Assembly (NCBI RefSeq): GCF_964355755.1
Contig: NC_092676.1
Location: 20,416,871 to 20,480,870 of the forward strand
Origin: Antedon mediterranea
Taxonomy: Eukaryota; Animalia; Echinodermata
Length of the DNA: 64,000 nucleotides
Direction: 5' to 3'
Each line of letters opens with the position of its first letter. Position 1 is the stretch's first letter. A program made the position numbers and the translations under genes. The notes below the pieces were generated by a model. That model ran no database searches, had not been told where the DNA came from, and was given only the letters and a program-made list of their open reading frames with translations. This document shows positions 26,104 to 39,880 of the stretch, piece by piece.

Positions 26104-26246
26104 TAAGCTCTGTCCACACTATCAAGGTTTATGTGACAAAAAATGATATGCCCATATATGCACATGATGATGTCATAGCACTACCATATTTGGGCACATC
26201 ACACTTTTTTTCGTCAAACTAGTTTGATAGCGTAGACAAAGCTTTA
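26104..26246. mobile_element. MITE family A copy downstream of the PACSIN stop
   Basis: Both TIRs present. Confidence 0.85.
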
Positions 26247-26718
26247 CACACTGTTAAATTTATACATAGAGGAGGAATTATGCTTTTTCCAAAACAGATA
26301 GTGAGGAGCCTTTTCTGTTGGCCAATGAAAGTATCTTTTTGTTGTATTATATATATGATCATAAGTACATATTGTTTAATAGTTGCATTTAGCAGTATAT
26401 TATTTGAAATAGAAAATGGTACAATGGTATTCTAAACCTCTCTTAAAACTGGTGATTTTCTTTATATATGTAGCAGTGTACAGTAGTTGATATTATTAAG
26501 GCTGTAGCTAGCATTGTAAAGGTTTGTGTTGAGACCAACAGTTTCGATTATTCTATCTTTGTGTATAAGTCGTGTTTACTGGCTTGGCTGTCTTCCCTTT
26601 ATGTACACTGTTAAAATTTACCCATGCATAGGTAATTTGTAGATGTTGATTTAGCTAATGGCTGGGTCTGGTTACCATAGACATGGATTGGGCAGGCCCT
26701 GTCGATGTGCGTAGAGGA

Positions 26719-26958
26719 TTAACATATTCACTGCCAACCATTATGAGACTAAAGCTTTGTCTACACTTTCAAACTTTATGATTGTGCCCATATATGGACA
26801 TGATGATGTCATATCACTATCATATTTGGTCATATCGCCACCATATACTTGTCCGTGACTCATGACTTTCAAGAAATTTACTTGTTTGTAGTAATGTATC
26901 ATAGATCTGTAATAAATCTATTCAGTGAAAGAATACAGTTTGGCAGTGAAGATGTTAA
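26719..26958. mobile_element. TTAA-flanked piggyBac-like MITE containing a truncated family A copy (26750-26846)
   Basis: TTAAcatattcactgccaa ... ttggcagtgaagatgTTAA inverted termini. Confidence 0.6.
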
Positions 26959-28448
26959 TCTCATTTCAAAATTGGTTTTATGTTCCGATTTAATACTTAA
27001 ATAACAATAATTATTTATAATTTTTAGATATGTAAAATAATAGCTGGTCGTGTATTTATGGGGGTAACTAAGCTGATATATTTTTAGGTATAAAAGTAAG
27101 ATTTATATTGACCTCTTTCCTTTTTTTTCGAGATTGAAATGTTTGTCAGTAAGATAGCTATATGTGTAGCATCAGGTATTTGGTAAAAACAAGTATGTAC
27201 CATTCTTTTAAAATTGGTACTAGAGTAAAGTAGAGTTATTGTGAGAATTTAAGAAGGTTTAATTGAAAGAGCCTACACCTTGTATTATATTTAAGTACAG
27301 TAAATTATTGCTGACGGAATGCTGACCCACCTAGGATATTAGTACTGAGGTTTCTCTGGATAGATAAATAAGGAATTTGGAAAACCGCAGAGAATAGACG
27401 AGAAGAAGATAGACAGAAGACAGAGGGACTTATCAATAGCACTACGCAGCACACAAGATATACCAAATCACTAGAAGAAAAAATCACACCCACATTGGTG
27501 TTCTGTAACTAAATTAAATTCAGATAATGTAATGTTCTGCCTTAAAAGCATTATGTATACTATGAACAAATGTAATTTAAACAGAAATTAGATCCTATTT
27601 ACAGATTAATGTTGTTACTGCAATTTCTTGAAATATTAAAATTTAACTGGGTTAATATAAAACGAGCGTACAAAATACATTCGGTACTTGCAACCTAACT
27701 TTGTAATTATGCATACATTCATTTGTGTTTATACTGCAATACATGCTGACAAAATAGCATTTCCATTCTCTAGTTTGAAAATAATGTTCTATTCTTTAAC
27801 CTAACTATGGCACGCTACAGTAATTTGTAACACCACTGATGACAAAGATAAAATATTTTATCCCAAAAATGTTTGATCAAATAAAGATTGTAATTTATTT
27901 TGTCAGCATCTTTTGCAGTACACAACTAATTAAAAAATAAAGATTTTGACTTGAGATTTTTGTGAATGAGAACATGTGTACAGAATGCTTGGTTTTGTAA
28001 ACTCCATTTCACAATAAAGACGATAATATCCCAAGTTTTTTTTCTTTTTATTTGTTTTGTGGTGAAAACCTTATAAAAAATGTTTTCACATTTACATACA
28101 TGGTAGTTATATACTAATGTGTATGGTCCTAATTGGCATATTCAAGAAACTTTATCGTTTAGTATAGTTTGTTAACTCTATGTTCTGCACAAACTAACAA
28201 GCCGTTTTTAGTTAATGTTTACTAAACGAAAAAGCTGTCCTAATCAAGGGAATTAATTTCTGTTTATTTTTTGTATAGAAACTTCCAAACCAGTCTTTCA
28301 GTTAACAGCATAATTTGAATTGCACTCCACAAATTATTATCATTACTATTTTGCTTTAAACAACTTCATTTTTTATTGTATACACCCGTATAAAAGTTGA
28401 TGTTAACTTATTGTAAAAATTAGGTCAAGAGATTATTGTTCTAATTGG

Positions 28449-30431
28449 TCATCCTCTGCCTTGCTCTCCTCCACCAGTTACCATCATAAATAATACAATA
28501 GGAACTATGTACATCCACTGTAAAAGAATATATACAGTACGTAAATGTAGGCCCTTCACATTGCACTATACAAAAGCATGCACTATTATCATTATCTTTT
28601 ATTTATTGTGTTGTACACTACAGCATAGTACTTACATATTTAGCCAGAAATGACCTATTATCTGCTCCACCACCTTTGGCCTTTAGTAGTTTTTCATCTT
28701 CTAACTTTTGTACAAAAGTTTGTGTGTCTGGTCTGTAAAACAATAATAATTATTTGTATAAATCTTAAGTTATATTTATTTTACTGTGATTGCATAATAC
28801 TAGTGAGGGTAGGTTAGGCAAAAGAATATTTTTAATTCTTTGGTTAGATGGTATAGGCTTAAAGCTATGCTATCTTGTATACTACCTTAGGCCTATTAAA
28901 ACATCTCTGCATGCCTCTAGAAGTTAATATTGTTCTAGGCACTTCTAACGCTTCCACACTATCAAATTTTATGCGAGAAAAAAAAAAGTGATGTACCCAT
29001 GATGATGTCATATCACTATCATATATTTGAGCACATGACAAACTAGTTTGATAGTGTAGACAGAGCTTTAATCCAGAAAACTTACACAGGTCCTGATACA
29101 GTAAGTGACAATGTAACAGTTGAGTTGAAATCAGTGAGCGAGCTACTGCTGACGGTATTGCCTTGACATGTTCCTTGTGCTGGACTTATGATCACGCTTA
29201 AAACATTTCCAGATTGGTCAGCATGGATTGTGATGTCATCGCTGATATGCGACTCAACTAAAGAACACTATGTAAAAACATAATATAATATGGAATTGAC
29301 TGAATAAAATGTATGTACAATAGTATATAAAGATAGACCAATCAATCAACTACAGAAAAGAATGGGATTTATTCAAGGTACTTACCGCTTTTGTGAAAGT
29401 GTAGACATAATCGTTGGCCTCTGAGAAGTCATCTTCATCAAAGGATTCAGATAAATGTGTAGGTACTCTAACTCTATAAAAGCCACCCTTTTTAGCGAGA
29501 GCCTGCAAAATAGAAACAGAATGAAAATACTAAAAATTTAACTGTTTATTCCGACATAAATTAAATTTGTATGTTTATTCACAAAACAATATTGGACGGA
29601 AAATATAAATATGTATTGGGTATGGGTCCTAATTTTATATGAGTAAAGTGTCATTTTAATTCATCCCATAGTTTAAAAGGTTTTGTATTTTTGAGAAGTG
29701 CACTATATGTTTCAATTTAAAGTTCTGTATAAAAATTTACTTTTAGTTTTCCTTGCTCCGCAGAAGTTAATGGAATGGAATGAGTAATTGTTCCGGGTCC
29801 CATTTTAAGCGGAGAACGAAAGTGTATACTGGCACGTCTCGTAAATACTGCATCGGGACCTGTAAAGTAAAGATTCAATTAAATATGTATAAAATTCTGT
29901 AGTAGTTATGGGAATGTTCAATACAATAATTATAACATATTCATCAAGAGAGCATCCATATAATAATTAATATATAATTATTAATAATTTAATTATAAAA
30001 ATATGGAACACATTTTCAAACCTGATTCAAAGCTGTGTTCAAGCGGTAAACTTAGACCACCAACAACTGGATCATCAACTGAAACCTGGGAATAAAAGGT
30101 ATATATGGTATCATTATTGCGCAAACCAAAAAGTAACCTAGGCCCCTTCTGTGGCCTACATATTGACACCACAAGCATTAAGCAATCCGACTCGGCGACT
30201 GCCCTCCTTTCTTATTTTTATACAGAGAGAGCCTAGGCCTAGTCCTAGACCGTAGTAGACTACGACGTAGGCCTAAAACTATCTGTGTATTACGAAAATC
30301 TTAATAAACACATATATTATAGTATAGTGAATAGTAAAGCATTTACATACTTTTTTGCTAAATACAAACGTGTAAAGAAATGCTTGCAAACAAAATAAAT
30401 GAAGAGCAAAATTCCGCAAGGAAATCTCCAT
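28449..30431 (-). CDS. EMC10: ER membrane protein complex subunit 10 (242 aa, 7 coding exons)
   Basis: Exons (minus): 30431-30351 (signal peptide MEISLRNFALHLFCLQAFLYTFVFSKK), 30085-30022 (LPLEHSFESG), 29859-29741, 29502-29386 (ALAKKGGFYRVRV), 29267-29086 (CSLVESHISDDITIHADQSGNV...FNSTV...GPV), 28732-28636 (PDTQTFVQKLE...DNRSFLAKY), 28517-28449 (WMYIVPIVLFMMVTGG...*). SFLAKYWMYIVP is diagnostic of EMC10. Confidence 0.95.
28954..29070. mobile_element. MITE family A copy in an EMC10 intron
   Basis: acactatcaaa...gtttgatagtgtagacagagcttta. Confidence 0.8.
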
Positions 30432-30623
30432 TTTCTTTTCTTAAATACTGCCCTCTATTTTTTCTACAATAAAACGCGTAAGTGGATATTTATCTTAAAT
30501 CGTACATATGGTCTCCCCGTACATTGTAGATGTTAAACGCTATATTAATATTATACAGATTCGTACATTTTATCAATTTTATCCCAAGAGGACGATAGCA
30601 ACATTTTGGAAAACATTTTGAAG
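30432..30623. promoter_or_regulatory. Bidirectional promoter region between EMC10 and the PhLP3/TXNDC9-like gene
   Basis: Two divergent start codons separated by only 192 bp. Confidence 0.75.
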
Positions 30624-33600
30624 ATGGCAGACGTTGTACCGACTTCAGCGAAAAAGGCAGAAGAAATACTTGAAGACGAAACATTAGCAGAAGAGGTACA
30701 GTATAAGTGTTTAATGTTGTATTCACTGAACTGTTTCGAAGTATCAATATATTGCACAATTTAGGTTAAAGCGCTCATTCTCCCGACGCGATATATCCTA
30801 GGGCTAGGCTAGGCCTAGGCTGGACTCCTACTCTAGTCGCCGAATGTGGGATAGGCCTAGGCCTAGGCTAGGCAGGCGTGGCCTAACTAGGCATAGACTA
30901 GTAGTTCGGCTAAGCAGGAATACCGCCCATCATCAGCCTAGCTTGCCCAAACTTAATTTCATTGTTGTCTCTTAATCATCTATATTTACTAATTTAAGGA
31001 AAATGATAAATAAATTTGATTTTTTTATCATGTTTATTGTTTTGTTTGGTCATCATTATTAAATCATATAAAAAAAATCAGGATTCAGTGAAGTGAAAAA
31101 CAAATGCATCCACCGTGATATTGTTATTTAAATTAGGCAAAACAAGGCCCCAATATATTATTTATTATCAATAATAAACAGCTGTGGGATTTTTTGATAG
31201 GTCAGGCAGAAAGAGTTAGTAACAGCTTTAAATTTGGGGAAAATTGTGTACATTTTATTAACCATTCATTTATCATTTATTTTTTTAAATGAAATATAAA
31301 ATTTAATGACAAAAAAGATTGACGTTTCGGAACTGTCATGGAACCATTCTTAAGAACAATTGAGTAAAAACATAAAATAATTAATTCATGAAATCAACAC
31401 TTCTTTTAAACTTCTCCACAATTTATAGTTCAGATGTCTAAAATGTTATTATGCCGATTGTCTTTACAGAAATTACTAGATGAACTGGAGAATGAAGAGC
31501 TCCCAAGTTATATAAGAGAAGCAAGGTTGTCTGAATTAAAAGAACAAGTGCAACAATTTCAGAACCTCAAAGAAAAAGACTATGGAAAGTATAGGTATAT
31601 AATGCCATATAAGTAATTAAACTTGTTTGCTACCTGCTGATAAAATGGAATCACCCACTAAAAATATATTCTTCAATCTTGTATTCTAACAACCAACAGT
31701 GTACGGCATCAATTACAGGTTTTTATTTTTTTAAATAGTGCTGACAGCTGATTAAAAAAAACAATGACCTCTTATTTTTCAAACCAAACATGCAAATCAT
31801 TCATTTACACCATCCCCCCCCCCCCTCCAAAAAAAAGGCCAATTTACACAGACACACGGAGGGTAACGATAATAAATAATATAGAATCTATGTTCCTTTT
31901 GACCATTTACACACAATGCGGACAGTCAGTTTCCAGGTTAGATACAGATTCTATGTTATTGATTTTCCGCTTACTGTTACCACTTGTCTGTGTTTTGGCC
32001 TTTTTGTGTATCACCCACTTAAGCTTGGTTCCCACTAGAACGTAACGCAAGGACGTAAACGCAACGCAAGCGTTTTAACCAATGACAAGCGAAGTTATAG
32101 ACAGTTAGCAATCACAAGCGAATAAGCCATCGCTTGTGATTGGTCAATTCACTTGTGTTGCGTTACGTCCTTGTGTTGCGTCGCTAGTGGGAACCACGCT
32201 TAACATAAACAATCAACAATTACTGAATACAGTGCTGTATTAACCGCTACGTAACAAAACTCTACTCAACCACTAATTATATTAGTGGTGATACAGAACT
32301 ATTCCACTTACTTGGTGAGGCATTGTAATATATTTTTCAAATAATTTTTTTTTTCAGTGAAATAGTAAAAGAGAAAGATATATTAGAAGTTACCACCAAC
32401 GAGAGGCATGTGGTAATCCACTTCTATCATGAAGATTTCCGTCGATGTGCAATTTTTGATAAACATCTTAAGGTAGTTTGTGATTTTCAGTACAATCACT
32501 CTTTCTTCCCAGGTATTCTATCTTAACCGTCTTTCACACCTTCTCTTGTCCGGTTTCGTCAAATAATTTGCATCGCCTTCTCATGCTAAAAATGTAATCT
32601 GCCGTTACAACTCTGTCGGACCCCTGTAAATTTAACAATCGACAATAAAAAAAATCCAGAAATCTATCGGACCCCTCTAAATTTAACGATCGACAATTTA
32701 AAAACACCAGAAATCATGATATAATGTAAGGAAAAAGCATACCATTACAATTTAGTCCTCATGTATATTTATCCCAATTTCTATAAAAATGGTTATTATT
32801 TCATCTTCTAGACTTTTAATAATAAATTGTAGACATAATTTTGTGTCCGCTGTTCGCAACTAAACTTGCATGATTTGTTTTTTTAGACTTTATCTGAAAA
32901 GCATTTCCAGACCAAATTTTGCAAAGTTGATGTTAACAAAGCAAAGTTTTTTGTAGGGAAACTGAAGGTCCAAGTTTTACCTACTGTAATATGCTTTCGA
33001 GATGGCATAGTTATTGACCGGTAAGTAAAGAACATTACACAGCCTGGCCTGAGATGTCTTATTTTTTCAATGGAAAGTGTACAAAACTTTGTTGAGAAAT
33101 TATCATGACAAGGTTCTAGTTTTGAAAATTGTAATGCAAAAGATAGGACATCAAAGTAAACTCTTGCACTTCTTTTCACTATTGTTAGGTCCTGTGCGCC
33201 ACCCCCTCCCTATTTCCAAATCCTTCAAAATAAAATCCCCTGTATAACAATACAAATCCAAAGTTAAGTCAGATCATCAAATCAAATCATCAGAAACTTT
33301 GGATGGTAATGCATTACGTCACATGTGTTGTAATACAGTAGTCTATGTAATATCTATCATCAATTGTGTATATTAACAGTAGAAATTCATAGTATGTTTA
33401 TTTTTATTTTTTCAGATTAGTAGGGTTTGAAGATTTAGGAAACACTGATGACTTTACAACAGAACTACTAGAAAGAAGAATAGCTAAATCAGGTAATAGC
33501 ATTAACATACAGATATTATAGTTCACCATAATATCTCTTCTATTGCTTTTGTTAATAACTGCATTTTACTCCACACAACTATATATACTATAGTGTACAG

Positions 33601-34043
33601 TATATAAATCAACCTTTATTTTCCATCATAACAAACATTTTAAGATAGAGGATGTTCAACAAAGACAACGTACTAACAGCATTCTGCACATGCTTATATG
33701 TTTATGTGCACAGAATAACTTTTACACTCAACAGCTCCATGGACGTTGATGGGTCGCTATTATGTATTATTATTATAGCTAGTTAATGGGTCAGTGGTTG
33801 TCCTAAATAGTACTGTGCTATGTTTGTATGCATCTACAAATATTTTAATTACTATCCTCATTTCATTTTAACTAATAATCAAATGTGATGCGTGTCTGTC
33901 TGAATAGCATATAATTATATTTATTCATATTTTTTAAAGGTGTAATTCAACTTGGTGATGTTCAACCAGTAGAAAATAAGAGCATTTTTGGCTTTGCAAG
34001 AAGATCAAAAACCAGCGACAGTAGTGATGAAGAGGATTATTGA
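30624..34043 (+). CDS. TXNDC9: Phosducin-like protein 3 family (TXNDC9/Plp1-like) thioredoxin-fold protein, 208 aa, 6 exons
   Basis: Exons 30624-30695, 31470-31594 (LLDELENEE...REARLSELK...YGKYS), 32358-32472 (VVIHFYHEDFRRCAIFDKHLK), 32887-33020 (TKFCKVDV...LKVQVLPTVICFRDGIVIDR), 33416-33492 (LVGFEDLGNTDDFTTELLERRI), 33940-34043 (acidic tail SDSSDEEDY*). The family is secure; strict orthology to TXNDC9 is not. Confidence 0.9.
31837..32000. mobile_element. Harbinger-like MITE (GGCCAATTTACACAGA termini)
   Basis: Inverted termini; a second copy at 55531-55701 shares the internal atagaatctatg...acagattcta. Confidence 0.7.
32023..32199. mobile_element. Palindromic MITE (GCTTGGTTCCCACTAG termini)
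   Basis: Near-complete fold-back flanked by TTAA on both sides; similar ...TTTCCACTAG termini at 23237-23364 and 38744-39072. Confidence 0.75.
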
Positions 34044-37000
34044 TGGGAAGAAACACTGGAAAGCTGTACTTGTACTAAATGTTTTAATGCGTATATGTTT
34101 TATATATATACTGCTTGATCACTGAGAATGTATGAGCAGGGAGTTGTAAAATAAGTACAACTCCCTGCTATGTGCGTGTCATACTAAAATGCAATCCTTT
34201 TTGTTACTAAAGGCTTTTAAACCGTACAATGGATTGAAATAACACTTTACACGTGTTCCTACAGATCCTACCTGTTGGTCTATATTATATCCAAGATCAT
34301 GTTTTTAACTTGGCAAAATATAATTTTGCTAAGCATAGTGCTTGCTTGTTTGTTAGCACGATAGTGTCTACAAGTTGTCATCCTGAATGCTTTGTTGTAG
34401 GTATATACTTACAAAACATGCCTATTGCTTTTCAGAAAAATGTATATGGTGACAAAAGCTATTATATTAAAATCTGACTTACTTAGATGCCCTATTCTTT
34501 TAACATGGACCAAAATATCAAGTAGTGAGCCCTCTCTCTCCGAATATAGTTTTCATTATAGAAGTTTATAAATGGTACAAAAATAGATATGGGACATCAC
34601 TATTGTGCAATTTACAGTATTGTACTTTTTTTTTTACCAGAAACAGTGATACTGCCACCTATAGCCAATCAAAGTTCTCTCACACACACACACATATAAC
34701 ACAATAGTCACCATACATTAGGGAGTTGTAATTGGAAAACAATTTCCTGGTCACATGTAGCATGGTGTGAGACAAACAAAAATCGCCCACACAGAATATA
34801 ACTTTAAAGATTTAAAAATAATTACATAATGAAATTAATTTATTCAATCTTTGATGATATATAATACTGAAATGAAAATAAAAAATGCGTAGAGCTAGGT
34901 TGTCCGACTTGAATATATTATGTATTGAAGGAAGATTTAGGTTAATCTTTTCTTTAATATTATATTTCAGTAAATATTATCATTCACATATAAATCTTGA
35001 CTGTTTGGTCTGTGTGCTGGTGAGTAGGGGAGGGTTTGTGTTATGTTTGTAATCATGTTTTGTTTCGAACCTTATGGCTCCTCCCACTCAGGCTTGCCAC
35101 CTTCTTTTGCTTTCTATTTTTATTACACTGACATTTATCGGAACTGAAATTGTGACATTCTTTTATGATTATCTGATTCTTTTATGATTTGTATGTTACA
35201 TTTTCTTTTTTTTTAAACCTTATTATTTCGTTGCATTGTTGTTTGAAGGAAATAAATGTTTATTTTGAATTGAATTAAAGAGTTTTCCATTTATTTGAGG
35301 CATATAATTGTAAAAAAAAAAAATTGGGAAACTATCTTTTAATTCTAGTAAGTAGGGCACTGCTATAACCGGTTCATCATACAAGTAGGCCTGCTACTAA
35401 TATAATTAATATTCATTTATGATATCAGATTGTTCTTACAACATGAACAGTTTCATAGGCTATTAATAGTACAGTACTCACGTTTCACAGTCAACTGTAG
35501 TTAACTTTTGTTACATGCGGAAATCTAACAATAATAGGCATATTATTATTTTATAAGAAGGCTGTTATCCTTATTAGTAAAATAAAGCACCTGATAAACA
35601 TAACATCTTTGTATTCATTATTTGTATTAAATTATGTAATAGTTAGGCCATGAAAATATAGGTGATCGGGTGTGTATATTCTTGAATATTCACAGTATTA
35701 CAGTATTAATACGATATTGTATACAGTATTAGAATTCTACCCGGTAAAACATACGTAATTGCTATTGTTTTGTGGTATTATCGATTTAATACCACTACCT
35801 TTAGAAATATTATGCAAAAAACAGAAAACACTGTTTGCTTCTACGTAACAAAACCGGACGCACAGAAACCCCCGTGTGGTAATAGACGATCCTTGTGTTT
35901 TGTTGACAACAACCCTGACGGTATACTACTTGTGTAGTCGCTTACCAAAACCAACCACCAACCACACCTCTTATATAATAATTCACATCTTTATCAAGTC
36001 AATTGGTGTTAATTGAAGGTAAGTGTGATTTGTTATACATTAATTATTGATAAAATTGAAAGCTGGTGTACTTTAGGAAGATTAGAATCATGTAAGTAAA
36101 CAATATTATCGCGGCTAAGTGCGGCGTATTGCTGCCAGCGACTGAAAGCGACTTGTGGGTTGAGGCCTGCTGGTGGAAGAGAGTCACTGTGGTGTGGTAG
36201 TGGGGCTGGTGGTGGGGTGGTATTAGTGGTTTACCTGGCCTACGTTTGCTAGAAAATTGTTTAAAATATATCGGTTAAATTATAGTATGATTTGAATACT
36301 TAGATAGGCCGCCCTAGGTCATATTTAATTGTTTTCTAATTTATGATGAAGAAGTGTATGGAATTTAATTAATATGATTAAAATTGATAAATGTACTTAG
36401 CATATGATACAGTGGTAGGTAGTGACAGTAGGTTTCCTTATATAACTATTTATAAAATAACAGTCATTATTTGCTTTCTATTTTAATATATTTTCTTCTA
36501 TAAATAAACAATTCCACTTCTTTGGGAATCTAGGGTTTTAGGGAAGACCGTGAAATACTATACTTTACATAACAATTATATGTTTTAAATCTAGACTAAA
36601 ATAAAACTGTATCTCAGAATCAAATATAGTTCTGATACAAAAACTGTATTAGAATTATACAGAAAATGATAATTCTTGATGTTAGGTGAGAGCATATATT
36701 ATTAGTTTTAGCTGCAAAATTTACTAAAAATTAATTTTAGTGGATTATCGATATATCTAACCTTCAAAAAGGATTATTTGCAAATAATGATAATAATTCT
36801 TTATTATATAGAGGGAATTTCTACAATAATTGTAGACTTTTTATAACATGTAAAAAACAAAAAGAGAACGCTGAAAATTAGTTGAATGCAAAATCAGAAA
36901 AAAAAAGTTATCGAAAACAAAACTTTAATATACAAATTTAGTATACAAATTTTATATAAAATTCTAACGGGAAGTGTTTTGTTTTTTTTCCGAAATAGTG

Positions 37001-37158
37001 ACAAAATAGTTTGCTTTATAACACACCTTGTCTATATCTGCTATGCTGATTGGTTGGTTTCATATCACATGACGTGTATTACATTTTCCTATTTATTATC
37101 TTTATGAACCATAACATTAATATATTTAATTTATATTAATAATATTTTATTTATTTCC

Positions 37159-37803
37159 TGCTCTACTGTCTGGTCTCCCAATTACAAAACTTATATAAGA
37201 CAACTTGAGAGAGTTCAGCGTACTGTAGAGCAGGGAGTTGTACTCCCTGTGTAGAGCAACTAAATTTATTTTTAATAATTTTGAAGCTGATTACAAATGC
37301 AGACTTCAAACATGCGATTTATTACCATTATGTTATAGGCGTCACTTTACTGATATCGTTTTTCTTATTAAGATTTTCAATTCTAATATAATTAATACTG
37401 ACCATTTATTTAATATTCGTAATCCACAACGTATTACTCGTAGCTCTTCTTCTGTTGGTACTTTTTTTGATATTCGTCGCTGCAGAACTGAATCTTCTTT
37501 TCAATCATATATATCCCACGTGTTACCAGAATTTGGAATAACTTACCCAGTGAAATCCGTTAGTTCTTTTAAAACCAAATTACTTAATTATCTCAATATT
37601 TATTTTTTAAATAATTTTGATATGGAAAATGTGTGTAGTTGGTCGCTTTCTTGTCGATGCTTTTATTGTAGAACGTAATTTATTTATTTTTCTCTGTTCT
37701 GGGTTGACCAACTAGCATAGGTGTTTAGTTTTGGTCTTTCCGTGCCTCCTTTTATAATTGTTTTGTCTTCTTTGTTATGTATATGGCAGAAATTGAATAA
37801 ATA
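37159..37803 (+). mobile_element. 5'-truncated CR1-clade LINE (ORF2 C-terminus + 3' UTR), degenerate
   Basis: Translates STVWSPNYKTYIRQLERVQR/RATKFI...YKCRLQ..DLLPL.YRR...DI.FL.KI, the typical CR1 post-RT region; ends in an AATAA tail. Confidence 0.85.
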
Positions 37804-39081
37804 AATTTTAAAAAATTAAGTTTCGCCTTGCAAGTTTTATATAGCACTAAAGAATCAAAAGTTTGTTTGATAAATATTTAGACACGCTTTGTTTGGCTTT
37901 ATTCATATAATAAAGTCTCGCATATTTGGTATGTCAGAGTAATTCTTTCACATTCAGTGCGAACAATGCTTGAGACTTACTTCATTTATTCTGTCCACAA
38001 AATCAACACAGTATAAATTCTCAAGTAGTATAATCATCAATGATATAAAAAAAAAAATTAAATCTTGCTCAACTTTATTTTCAGATTTCATAAGGGTAAT
38101 GTACTGTACAGTCTCTCTAGAAGTACAGTAAAGTTGGTTTAATAACTTCTTTTGAGGGGACACCCTAAAAAACCCATCCCCTTAATAAAGATGTACAGTA
38201 TTGTCCCCCCAAAAACATAAAAATGAAGATTAATTAAATCAGACTTTGAATAGGTTATTTTGTAGTTTTAATAAATTTAATCACTTCCATAGAAAAAAAA
38301 ACAGAAAAAATATTTTTTTTCACTTATAAAATGACAAAATAAATGGTTATTTAAATCCAACCAAAAATCTATTGGCTGACAGCCAATTCTACTATTTTTG
38401 GCTTTAAATTACAGTTTTTCTGGTACCGTAAATAGATTTTTTTTAGATCTAATTTTTGTTCAAAGTGGATAATGTGACATTAAAAAGGCATATTCAACAG
38501 AAAAATGTTTAATAATTATTTATTTAGGGGACAATACTTCTTTAATAAAGTATCTTTGGGCTAGTTAATATTTTCCCTCATTCATGTCATTGAAAAGTAT
38601 ACCCTTAATAAAAGTGTCCTCTTAGTAGGGGTTAGACATAGTGTTAATACATATATAGTTTTCCTTATGTCATGGAAAAGTGTCCCCTTAATAGGGGTGT
38701 CTCAAAGGAGGGATTTTACTATCTGAAATTTTAGTATGGATCCTAAGGCCTGTTTCCACTAAATTAATTGAGTCGCCCAAATTGAAAGTGTCTACCGTAC
38801 ATCATGCATAATCATATTTCTTATCAAAATCAGTGAAATTAACAGTTAGCACTTAGAAGTTTCTATTTTTGTGATCCAAAAAATTGCAAAATTTATTATA
38901 ATACAGTGAGTAGCTCAGGAAATGAGTTTCCATGCGTTTATGTGCATTCATGTATATCGTCAACTCTGTAGACACATAAACGAAATTAAAACTACAGATC
39001 TTGTAGTATAAAATGGTAGTATAAAATGTTGGATTTTTTCCGCCGAATAATTTGCCTAGTGGAAACTGGCTTCATTGACTG

Positions 39082-39880
39082 TGTTATGCGCGATTTGAAC
39101 GATTTGCGCAATTTGAAATTGCGCAAAAAAATCCTTGCGCAATTTGAAATTGCGCAAAGAATTCTTGCGCAATTTTAAATGGCGCAAGGATTTTTTTGCG
39201 CAATTTCAAATTGCGCAATCAACTTGCGCAATTTCAAATTGCGCAAGAAAATCTTTGCGCAATTTTAAATTGCGCTGCACAATTTGTAAATTGCGCAAGA
39301 TAGTTCTTGCGCAATATGACACCTTTGCGCAATTTGAAAACGAACTGTAAATTTTCCCATACATGGCTAGGCTAGGCCTAGGCAGAGGAGTTTAAAATTT
39401 AGTATTTTATTATATAAATAAGACCATTTCAATGAAGATAATGTTTAATACTCACTTTTTAAGTTTTTAATATTAGTTTAAGCTGGGCCATGTAACCTAG
39501 TCAGTATCAGTAGTCCAGACCCTAGCTAGGCTAGAGTAGTATAGCCGGCCGCCCGCGCCGCGCCCGCCTGGTGGAACACCACCGCTTCGTTTTCCTTCGT
39601 CGGTTCTTCGACGGTATGCTAACTTATAACAATATTTGCACTACTAAAATAAGGAAATGCGATATTTATCTTTAATTTTGAATCATTCTTAGAAATTACT
39701 ATAAAAATATGGGTGTGCATGATTTCACAATCTGTCGAAAAACCTTGCGCAATTTGCAGATTACTTGCGCAATTTAATACGTTGCTTGCGCAATTTGAAA
39801 CACATGTTTCAATTCAAATTGCGCAAGGATTTTTTTTGCGCAATTTCAAATTGCGCAAATCGTTCAAATCGCGCATAACA
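39082..39880. mobile_element. Non-autonomous DNA transposon, TGT...ACA termini, 4-bp TSD (Ginger-like)
   Basis: ~65-bp TIRs TGTTATGCGCGATTTGAACGATTTGCGCAA...; ACTG on both sides; subterminal arrays of TTGCGCAA. Confidence 0.8.
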
